Source of the DNA: Bacteroidia bacterium
GTDB taxonomy: Bacteria; Bacteroidota; Bacteroidia; Bacteroidales; Prolixibacteraceae
Direction of reading: 5' to 3'
DNA: 64,000 nucleotides
NCBI GenBank assembly: GCA_025358025.1
Contig: JANYKW010000089.1
Coordinates: 18,629 to 82,628 of the forward strand
Shown in pieces: positions 29,366 to 36,379 of the stretch (position 1 is the first letter of the stretch; each line of letters starts with the position of its first letter). The notes below the pieces were generated by a model. That model made no database searches and was not told the DNA's origin. It saw only the letters and a program-made list of their open reading frames with translations. The position numbers and the translations under genes are program-made.

Positions 29366-29400
29366 GTTGAAAGTTGAGAGTTGAAAGTTGAAAGTTGACA
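29366..29400. repeat. 7-bp tandem repeat x5 (GTTGAAA/GTTGAGA/GTTGAAA/GTTGAAA/GTTGACA)
   Basis: Read directly. It lies 10 nt upstream of the E1 start inside the lpd-E1 spacer. On the mRNA sense strand it reads TGTCAAC TTTCAAC TTTCAAC TCTCAAC TTTCAAC. Confidence 0.95.
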
Positions 29401-29450
29401 ATCATCTGTCAAAAATCAAAAATCCAAATCCAAAAATTATTAATTATAGA

Positions 29451-30815
29451 TTAGAAACCAAAAATAGTTTCTTTAAATATCTCAGAAACAGTAGGATGAG
29501 GGAACACCACCTCTTCCATCTCTTTGAGCGTCATTTCCATCTCAATGGCCATACAGGCTCCGTATATCATCTCGCTTGAAGGGTTTCCCAGCATGTGAAC
29601 ACCAAGAACTTCTCCATATTTTTCTCCTACCAGCACCTTGCACACACCACTTCCACCTTCATTTTCTGCTATGAACCGACCGACGTATGCCATGGGAAGC
29701 TTCACACATTTGTAGGCAATATTCTGTTCTTTTGCTTTCTCTTCGGTCAGACCAACGCCTGAAAATTCGGGATTGGTGTAAACAACTCCGGGAATGGCAT
29801 TGTAACGCATTCTGTCGTTCCTGCCAGTCAGGTTATTGACAACTACCTCACCCTCGCGACTGGCAGTATGTGCCAAAAGTGAAAATCCTGTAACGTCGCC
29901 TGCAGCGAACACATTCGGGACATTGGTCTTCATCCTTTCATCGACTTTGATACCACCCCTGTCGAGTTCGACACCCAGGTTCTCAAGGCCAAATCCTTTG
30001 GTAACAGGTTTACGACCAACGCTTACCAATATTTTATCTCCGGTAACAGACTCCTTTTTACCCTCTTTTTCAAAGATCACTTCGGTACCATTTACCTCCA
30101 CTACTTTGGCGGAAAGATGGAAAGTGATCCCTTTTTTGGCATACATCTGGCGCATCATGACGCTCATTTCACTGTCCATACCGGTCAGAATTTCATCCAG
30201 CATTTCAACGATGGTCACCTTTGTTCCCAATGAATTGAAGAAACTGGCAAACTCCATACCAATGACACCGCCGCCAATCACAACAAGCGAGGAAGGCAAC
30301 TCTTTCAGCTGAAGTATTTCCCTGTTTGTCAGGATGGTCTCATTGGGTGAGCCCAATCCCGGGATAGGCGGAACAAAAGCCTCTGAGCCGGTACAGATCA
30401 GCAGATTAGCAGCCAGTATCTCTTCCTCACCGGCAGTAATGGAGATTCCTGCAGCAGAACGACCTTTGATGTAGGCCTCTTTCCTGCGTACTTCGACGTG
30501 GTGTTCTTTCATTTTAAGCCCGACGCCACCCACCAGTTTCTTGACCACTTTCTCTTTTCTGGCCATCATCTTTCCAAAATCGAAAGTAACCTCCCTTGCC
30601 TGGACACCATATTTTTCTGCTCCAATGGCATTATCATACAATTTAGCGCTGTAAAGCAGCGTTTTTGTGGGGATACAACCTTCGTTCAGACATACGCCGC
30701 CCAATTCACCTTTTTCGATCAGAACCACCTTGAGTCCTTTGTGTCCGGCGCGTTCAGCTGCAACATAACCTGCAGGACCACCACCGATAATTGCCAGATC
30801 GTAATTTTTGCTCAT
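29451..30815 (-). CDS. lpdA: Dihydrolipoyl dehydrogenase (E3)
   Basis: 454 aa with GGGPAGY, the redox-active CLNEGCIPTK, and C-terminal HPTVSE. Confidence 0.9.
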   Translation of the reverse strand: MSKNYDLAIIGGGPAGYVAAERAGHKGLKVVLIEKGELGGVCLNEGCIPTKTLLYSAKLYDNAIGAEKYGVQAREVTFDFGKMMARKEKVVKKLVGGVGLKMKEHHVEVRRKEAYIKGRSAAGISITAGEEEILAANLLICTGSEAFVPPIPGLGSPNETILTNREILQLKELPSSLVVIGGGVIGMEFASFFNSLGTKVTIVEMLDEILTGMDSEMSVMMRQMYAKKGITFHLSAKVVEVNGTEVIFEKEGKKESVTGDKILVSVGRKPVTKGFGLENLGVELDRGGIKVDERMKTNVPNVFAAGDVTGFSLLAHTASREGEVVVNNLTGRNDRMRYNAIPGVVYTNPEFSGVGLTEEKAKEQNIAYKCVKLPMAYVGRFIAENEGGSGVCKVLVGEKYGEVLGVHMLGNPSSEMIYGACMAIEMEMTLKEMEEVVFPHPTVSEIFKETIFGF

Positions 30816-30833
30816 GTAGAATTTTCTTAATTG

Positions 30834-32159
30834 TTAAAGTTCAATGGTTAAGTTTTCGATTTCTGTCGCGATTTGTTTCAAAAATCGTGTAGCTTCTCCT
30901 CCATCAAGGGCCTGATGGTTGTACGTGAGGCTCAAACCAAGATGAGGAACGAAGCCGTAAACGCCGTCACCCAGATCTTTTGGCCTGGGGATAATCGTAT
31001 TGACGCCCAGGATGGCTGTTTGAGGCAGATTGATGACCGGGGTAAACATTTCAACCCCGTAATTGCCAAGGTTGGATACGGTGAATGTGGCTGCCTCTGA
31101 AGCCAGAAGATCCGGATTGATGCTGCCATTTTTGCAGGCTGCGGCAATTTCCTTCATTTGACCGGACAATCCCTGTATAGAAAGGTCATCCGCATTCCGG
31201 ACAACTGGAACCATCAATCCGCGGTCGGTATCCACAGCGATTCCCAGATGGATTTTCCTGAAATATTTCATTGAGTCGTCCACAAAATGGGTATTGACCT
31301 GCGGATATTTTTTCAAGGCTTTAATTACAGCAAAACAGATCATATCGTTCAGTGTGATATTGGTTGGATAACCTTCATCCACTGCTTTTTTGACCATCTT
31401 TCGAAGTTGTGAAATTTGCCGCGCATCGGCAGATAAATGGTGTGTCAGCTGGGCAGAATTCTGCAGGGAGCTGAGCATTGCCCTGGCAATCAGCTTACGG
31501 ATATTGGACAATTTTTTGATTTCAAAATCATCAGAATCAAATGTGGCAACGACAGGCTTTTTCAGGTCTTTGGATGTGACGGTGCCTCCCAGTCCGCTGC
31601 CTGTACAATCAGAGCAAAGCTGTTCCTCTTCTGCTTTCTTTTTTGCCAATGGCGTGATCTTTGGTTTAATGGCAAGATATGCAACAACGTCCTGTTCGAT
31701 AATCCTTCCTTTTGGTCCGCTGCCGCGGATACCGGAAATTTCGACACCCTCCTTTTCTGCCAGCATTCTGGCGCGAGGTGAGATGAACGAGGTTTCACCG
31801 GCAGGTTCCTTTTCGATAACGGCTGCTGTGACCACCATTTTTTCTTCCGTAACAGGGACGGCTGCAAGGGCAGTTTTCGCGGGTGCAGATAATAGAGGGG
31901 GGACTGAACCAACTGCTTCACCGGCTTCACCGATCACGCACACTTCTTTGAGAACAGGTACCTCATCCCCCGATTCATAGTAAAAAGAAAGAATCGTTCC
32001 ATCTGTGGGAGCAAACTCTTCAAAAGTGGCTTTGTCTGTTTCATAAGCAAAAAGGAGCTCTCCTTTGGTTACTTTTTCACCTGCTTTCTTTGGAATCTCG
32101 GTCAGAATACAACTTTCAACAGATTGCCCCTGCTTGGGCATGATCACAATGGTCGCCAT
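30834..32159 (-). CDS. Dihydrolipoamide acyltransferase (E2) of a 2-oxoacid dehydrogenase complex
   Basis: 441 aa with lipoyl-lysine motif ETDKATFE, a peripheral subunit-binding region SPRARMLAEKEGV, and a catalytic domain with LTYNHQALDGGEA (His retained; Asn replaces the usual Asp). Confidence 0.85.
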   Translation of the reverse strand: MATIVIMPKQGQSVESCILTEIPKKAGEKVTKGELLFAYETDKATFEEFAPTDGTILSFYYESGDEVPVLKEVCVIGEAGEAVGSVPPLLSAPAKTALAAVPVTEEKMVVTAAVIEKEPAGETSFISPRARMLAEKEGVEISGIRGSGPKGRIIEQDVVAYLAIKPKITPLAKKKAEEEQLCSDCTGSGLGGTVTSKDLKKPVVATFDSDDFEIKKLSNIRKLIARAMLSSLQNSAQLTHHLSADARQISQLRKMVKKAVDEGYPTNITLNDMICFAVIKALKKYPQVNTHFVDDSMKYFRKIHLGIAVDTDRGLMVPVVRNADDLSIQGLSGQMKEIAAACKNGSINPDLLASEAATFTVSNLGNYGVEMFTPVINLPQTAILGVNTIIPRPKDLGDGVYGFVPHLGLSLTYNHQALDGGEATRFLKQIATEIENLTIEL

Positions 32160-32175
32160 ATCAACATTTTTTTGA

Positions 32176-32183
32176 CAAAGCTA
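32176..32183 (-). promoter_or_regulatory. Candidate Bacteroidota -7 box (TAGCTTTG on the minus strand) for the E2-E3-E1 operon
   Basis: The plus strand reads caaagcta, the reverse complement of TAnnTTTG. It lies 17 nt upstream of the E2 ATG. Confidence 0.35.
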
Positions 32184-32192
32184 AATAATACA

Positions 32193-32208
32193 ACTTGTAA
32201 ATACAAGT
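32193..32208. promoter_or_regulatory. Candidate GntR/HutC operator, palindrome ACTTGTAAATACAAGT
   Basis: Perfect 7+2+7 inverted repeat with a TGTA-NN-TACA core. It overlaps the expected -33 region of the operon promoter. Confidence 0.45.
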
Positions 32209-32295
32209 ATTCATGTTAAATATTTATTAATTCATAAAGTATATAATATATTTATCTGATATATAGTATATTAAATTTTTATATCAAAAAAGTCA

Positions 32296-32305
32296 TGTAT
32301 TTACA
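32296..32305. promoter_or_regulatory. Second candidate operator, TGTATTTACA
   Basis: Same TGTA-NN-TACA core. Its reverse complement TTGTAAATACATG matches site 1 (TTGTAAATACAAG) at 12 of 13 positions. It lies just upstream of the gntR -7 box. Confidence 0.4.
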
Positions 32306-32327
32306 AATTATAACAACAAAATTATTC

Positions 32328-32335
32328 TAACTTTG
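32328..32335 (+). promoter_or_regulatory. Candidate -7 box TAACTTTG for the GntR-family regulator gene
   Basis: Exact TAnnTTTG match 9 nt upstream of the ATG at 32344. This implies a very short leader. Confidence 0.35.
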
Positions 32336-32343
32336 CATACCGG

Positions 32344-33087
32344 ATGAATTATGTTATGACAGAACCCTTTGCAGAGTACAAACCAGCATTGCCCCGCCAC
32401 AGCGCGGTATATGAAATGTTGCGCCAGCACATCAGCGACGGTGTGTACCTGGAAGGAGACCTTCTTCCTTCCGAAAACGAGTTATGTGCGCTACATAAGG
32501 TAACCAGGCCAACGATCAGAAAAGCGTTGGACCGGTTGTCGGGCGAAGGTTTTATTGTCAGGCATCAGGGGAAAGGAAGTATCGTGAAGGGAGCTCCCAA
32601 GGGAGTCGGGATTCTGGCTATGAAAGGAACGACATCAGCCGTCGGCAAAGAAAATCTGCTTACAAGGATTGTGGTAAAACCCGAAATTAGAAATTGGAAC
32701 GAGGCTTTTTCTTTCTCTCTTTCGCGTGTAGAGCAGGAATCGGGTTGCATTTACATGGAACGGCTCAGACTGGTGAACAACAAACCCGTATTTTTCGATA
32801 TTACCATGATTCCCAATATCAATTTTCCGCGCTTCACCGGAAGAAACATGGAAAACAAGTCATTGTTTGATATCCTGAGAAAAAATTACAGGCTCGAGGT
32901 AAAAGGAGGGGAACAGCGGATTCTCGCCATCACAGCCGACGAAAGGCTGCAGAAATTTTTCGCGGTACAGCCTGGCCACCCGGTTGTACAGCTCAACCGC
33001 AAAATTGAAACCAACCGTGAGGGAATTTTTATTTATAGTCAGGTCTTTTGCAATACCGATGAGTTTGTCCTAAGCGGGTCCTTCTGA
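32344..33087 (+). CDS. GntR-family transcriptional regulator, HutC subfamily (winged HTH plus UTRA effector domain)
   Basis: 247 aa with LPSENELCALHKVTRPTIRKALDRLSGEGFIVRHQGKGSIV, followed by a ~150-aa UTRA-like C-terminal domain. Confidence 0.85.
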   Translation: MNYVMTEPFAEYKPALPRHSAVYEMLRQHISDGVYLEGDLLPSENELCALHKVTRPTIRKALDRLSGEGFIVRHQGKGSIVKGAPKGVGILAMKGTTSAVGKENLLTRIVVKPEIRNWNEAFSFSLSRVEQESGCIYMERLRLVNNKPVFFDITMIPNINFPRFTGRNMENKSLFDILRKNYRLEVKGGEQRILAITADERLQKFFAVQPGHPVVQLNRKIETNREGIFIYSQVFCNTDEFVLSGSF

Positions 33088-33136
33088 AAAAGACTATGAG
33101 ATAGGAGACAAGAGATAACGAATACTGCTTTCTATA

Positions 33137-33176
33137 ATCAGCACATCTGCTAATCACCACATCAGCACATCAGCTA
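33137..33176. repeat. 8-bp tandem repeat x5 (ATCAGCAC/ATCTGCTA/ATCACCAC/ATCAGCAC/ATCAGCTA)
   Basis: Read directly. It lies in the convergent gap between gntR and ridA, and the last unit contains the ridA stop codon. Confidence 0.85.
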
Positions 33177-33638
33177 TTCGTTCAATTCAAAAACTGCTTC
33201 GATCTCTACCGTACAATTTCCGGGTAATCCGGATACGCCAAATGCACTTCTGGCTCCAACGCCATTTTCAGAGCCGAATACCTCTTCCATCACTTCGCTG
33301 CAACCATTGATTACGTAGGGATGCTTTTCAAAATCGGGGGTAGCATTCACCATGCCCAACAGTTTGACCACCCTTTTGATCTTATTCAGAGATCCAAGTT
33401 CATGCCGGAGCGTCGCCAGCATGGCCATACCGACGGCGCGGGCAGCTGCTTTGCCCTCCTCCAAATCACACACATCCCCTACTTTTCCCTGAATCAGTGT
33501 ACCATCCGGTCGACTAGAAACGTGGCCGGAGAGCCAGGCCAAATTACCGGCAATTACCAAAGGGCGGTACAAACCTTTCGGTACGGAAACAGGAGGGAGC
33601 TGCAGATTTAGTTGTTTGATTCTTGCTTCGTATTCCAT
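33174..33638 (-). CDS. RidA/YjgF-family (reactive intermediate deaminase-like) protein
   Basis: 154 aa. LAWLSGHVS...GKVG...EEGKAAAR...IKRVVKLLGMVN...PGNCTVEIEAVFE fits the YjgF/RidA fold pattern. Confidence 0.7.
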   Translation of the reverse strand: MEYEARIKQLNLQLPPVSVPKGLYRPLVIAGNLAWLSGHVSSRPDGTLIQGKVGDVCDLEEGKAAARAVGMAMLATLRHELGSLNKIKRVVKLLGMVNATPDFEKHPYVINGCSEVMEEVFGSENGVGARSAFGVSGLPGNCTVEIEAVFELNE

Positions 33639-33779
33639 AACAATTCATGTAAAAATTGGAAAATATTTAATTCATTGGTGTCCGGTAAAATCCATATTGC
33701 GTCCCTGCGGCCCATATTAATAAATTGCAATCTGCTTCCTACCTATATTTAGTCCTGAGAATCAATCCAAAATCTAATC

Positions 33780-34466
33780 TTACAGGAGGTCGTTATTCAG
33801 CATCAGAATTATTGTTGAAAAAGTGAAAAACACGACCAGAGTGGCAGCGCCAACAACATTAATCAATTCACTGATATTGAGTTTACTGCGTTGATATGGA
33901 TGAACCGGAAATGCCTTTGTCTCCGCAAAAATCAATAATTTAAAGACCCCTACTCCCACCAGGGCACCCAAAATTGCACCGCCAAGAATATCGCCCGGAT
34001 AGTGTACGCCAAGATATATGCGGGTATATGCAATCAAGCATGCCCAAGGGTAAATAAAAATCGCGTAACCCCTGCTTCGGAAAAGGAGCGATGTAAAGGT
34101 GGCAAATGAGAATGCATTGGCTGCATGGGCCGAAACGAAACCATAAAGGCCGCCTGACTTAAAAAATACATGGGCCAGAGGTGCCACAGCCGGATCATTG
34201 GATGGACGAAGCCGCATGACGGAGTGTTTCAATAATCCGGATATCTGATCGGAAAAAAGGATGATCAGTGCCAGAGACAAGATAATGGGTATTGATTTCC
34301 TGCCATACTTGCGGATGATAACGTAGAGTGATACCCCATAAAACAGCAGCCAAACAGGGGTAAGTGTAAAAAGCGTCATCACATAATCCATCAGCATGTT
34401 GTGATGACCGTTCAGGTAAAAAAATGCAGATTTGTCCCAATCGGAAATAGTCTGTATCACACCCAT
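33780..34466 (-). CDS. PAP2-family membrane phosphatase (undecaprenyl-diphosphatase/lipid phosphatase-like)
   Basis: 228 aa with PAP2 motifs KHSVMRLRP, VSAH and TRIYLGVHYPGD, and multiple TM helices. Confidence 0.85.
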   Translation of the reverse strand: MGVIQTISDWDKSAFFYLNGHHNMLMDYVMTLFTLTPVWLLFYGVSLYVIIRKYGRKSIPIILSLALIILFSDQISGLLKHSVMRLRPSNDPAVAPLAHVFFKSGGLYGFVSAHAANAFSFATFTSLLFRSRGYAIFIYPWACLIAYTRIYLGVHYPGDILGGAILGALVGVGVFKLLIFAETKAFPVHPYQRSKLNISELINVVGAATLVVFFTFSTIILMLNNDLL

Positions 34467-34473
34467 AGTTCTT

Positions 34474-35463
34474 TTATGAATTTAAAAGTTTCCAAATTTC
34501 ATCTTTCAAAGTGACAATACCGTAACCCGAAACCGATGAGATAAAAGTATGCGGTATATCTTTAAATTCATGGCTGATTTCCTGTATAAGCTCTTTGTCA
34601 AGCATATCGGATTTTGTAATCGCTACAAATCTTTGTTTGTCCAATAATTCCGGATTAAACATATCCAGCTCATTAAGCAAAATATCCAACTCTTTTCTGT
34701 GGTTTTTACTGTCAGCCGGAATCATGAAAAGCAGGATTGAGTTACGTTCAATATGACGCAGGAAGCGCAATCCAAGTCCGCGACCTTCATGTGCTCCTTC
34801 AATAATGCCCGGAATATCGGCCATTACAAAAGACTGGTTATCCCGGTAGCCTACGATTCCCAGATTGGGTACCAGCGTAGTGAACGGATAATCAGCAATC
34901 TCAGGTTTTGCTGCAGAAACAACCGACAGCAAGGTTGATTTTCCCGCATTGGGAAATCCTACCAGTCCGACATCAGCAAGTATCTTCAGTTCAAGAATTT
35001 TCCATCCTTCCTCTTCATCCTCACCGGGCTGGGCGTATCTCGGTGTTTGATGGGTAGCACTTTTGAAATTTACATTGCCTAGCCCGCCCCTGCCACCTTT
35101 CACAAGAATGTTCGTTTGGTCGTGCTCTGTGATCTCAAAAAGCACCACACCGGTTTCTGCATCTTTGGCTACGGTTCCTAGTGGTACATCCAGTATGATG
35201 TCCTCTCCATCCTTGCCATGACTGCGTGAGGCACCCCCGGACTCACCCCATTCAGCAAAAATATGTTTCCGGTACTTCAGGTGCAGAAGTGTCCACATTT
35301 GGGAGTTACCCCGGAGAATGATGTGTCCTCCCCTGCCCCCGTCGCCACCATCAGGCCCTCCTTTGGCAGCAAATTTCTCCCTGCGAAAATGTTTTGATCC
35401 CGCACCGCCATGGCCCGAACGACACATGATTTTCACATAATCCACAAAATTTGTTTCTGCCAT
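34474..35463 (-). CDS. obg: GTPase ObgE/CgtA
   Basis: I place the start at [12 protein letters not shown] (cat at 35461-35463). Motifs: [30 protein letters not shown]. The 57 upstream codons in the ORF track ([13 protein letters not shown]...) run through the nonamer repeat and are rejected. Confidence 0.9.
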   Translation of the reverse strand: MAETNFVDYVKIMCRSGHGGAGSKHFRREKFAAKGGPDGGDGGRGGHIILRGNSQMWTLLHLKYRKHIFAEWGESGGASRSHGKDGEDIILDVPLGTVAKDAETGVVLFEITEHDQTNILVKGGRGGLGNVNFKSATHQTPRYAQPGEDEEEGWKILELKILADVGLVGFPNAGKSTLLSVVSAAKPEIADYPFTTLVPNLGIVGYRDNQSFVMADIPGIIEGAHEGRGLGLRFLRHIERNSILLFMIPADSKNHRKELDILLNELDMFNPELLDKQRFVAITKSDMLDKELIQEISHEFKDIPHTFISSVSGYGIVTLKDEIWKLLNS

Positions 35464-35600
35464 TGCTCCTTTTATAGGTTGCCTCAAAGGTACATACAAT
35501 CCGGGACTATCGGAAACGATCGAAGATAGCGATTTTTTTGGTTCAAACAATGGATTCACTATCTTTGAAATGTTGTTTGAGGGGTTTAAAAATTGTTCTT

Positions 35601-35640
35601 CAAACATTTCAAACATTTCGAACATTTCAAACATTTCAAA
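35601..35640. repeat. 9-bp tandem repeat, about 4.4 copies (CAAACATTT, one CGAACATTT variant)
   Basis: Read directly. It runs straight into the ATG (35640-35642) of the thioesterase gene and lies in the divergent obg/thioesterase region. Confidence 0.95.
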
Positions 35641-36374
35641 TGATCCCCGTCTGGAAAGAAAATTTCAAAATCACTTCATACCAGGTAGATTTTCAGAAAA
35701 ATATCAAACCAACCAACCTGATGCAACTGTTTCAGGAGGCAGCTGGTAATCATGCCGAACATCTCGGAGCAGGTTATGCTGCATTGCTGATGGAGAAGCT
35801 TTTCTGGGCTTTATCACGTATCCAGGCGGAGATCATTCAGTTGCCGGGATGGGGAGATGAAATTCACATAGAAACCTGGCCAAGCAGTCCGGTTGGACCA
35901 TTCTTCAGACGTGATTTTATTTTTTTCAACCAGCAGAATGAGGTTATCTGCCGGGGTGTTTCAGGCTGGCTGCTGTTAAGTGCTGAAACCATGCGTCCTC
36001 AACGGGTAGAAAGACTATCAATTGATCTTCCTTTGAATGAGGAGAGATATGCAATGGAAACATTCCCTGACAGGTTAAACGGTGTTGCGGAAGAAGCCAT
36101 ATTCAGCAAGAAAATTCTTTACAACGAAATTGATGTGAACATGCACGTCAACAACACCCGGTACTTGGATTGGGTGATGGATTGTTTCGACAGTGATTTT
36201 TACAAGAAGCATCAGCTTAAAAGCTTTTCGTTGGAATTTCTGGGCGAAATGCTTTGGGGTGACGAAGTTGTATTGATGTTGGGGCAGGATGGAAATACTT
36301 TTCACATTCAGGCTAAAAATCTTCAATCCGGTAAAGTTGCTTTCAAGTCTGATGTGATTTGGCAAAATGCATGA
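35640..36374 (+). CDS. Acyl-[acyl-carrier-protein] thioesterase
   Basis: I place the start at [38 protein letters not shown]...[10 protein letters not shown]...IETWP and the second hotdog half with [12 protein letters not shown] fit the Acyl-ACP_TE family. The upstream 34 codons of the track ORF are repeat-derived. Confidence 0.8.
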   Translation: MIPVWKENFKITSYQVDFQKNIKPTNLMQLFQEAAGNHAEHLGAGYAALLMEKLFWALSRIQAEIIQLPGWGDEIHIETWPSSPVGPFFRRDFIFFNQQNEVICRGVSGWLLLSAETMRPQRVERLSIDLPLNEERYAMETFPDRLNGVAEEAIFSKKILYNEIDVNMHVNNTRYLDWVMDCFDSDFYKKHQLKSFSLEFLGEMLWGDEVVLMLGQDGNTFHIQAKNLQSGKVAFKSDVIWQNA

Positions 36375-36379
36375 TCGAT

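Noticed and set aside
29357-29401. 15-codon extension of the E1 ORF (MSTFNFQLSTFNCKN)
   Set aside because: It is a translation of the GTTGAAA heptamer repeat. MPKVQFIDPG is the plausible start.
31390-31980. 196-aa plus-strand ORF, with others at 31437-31781 and 31562-31930
   Set aside because: They are embedded in or antisense to the E2 gene, which has clear lipoyl and catalytic motifs. They are shadow ORFs.
35464-35634. 57-codon N-terminal extension of Obg ([13 protein letters not shown]...) in the ORF track
   Set aside because: It is a translation of the nonamer repeat and intergenic DNA. The conserved Obg N-terminus starts at [10 protein letters not shown] (ATG at 35463).
35538-35639. 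34-codon extension of the thioesterase ORF (…[14 protein letters not shown])
   Set aside because: It is repeat-derived and overlaps the obg upstream region. The family N-terminus begins at MIPVWKENF.
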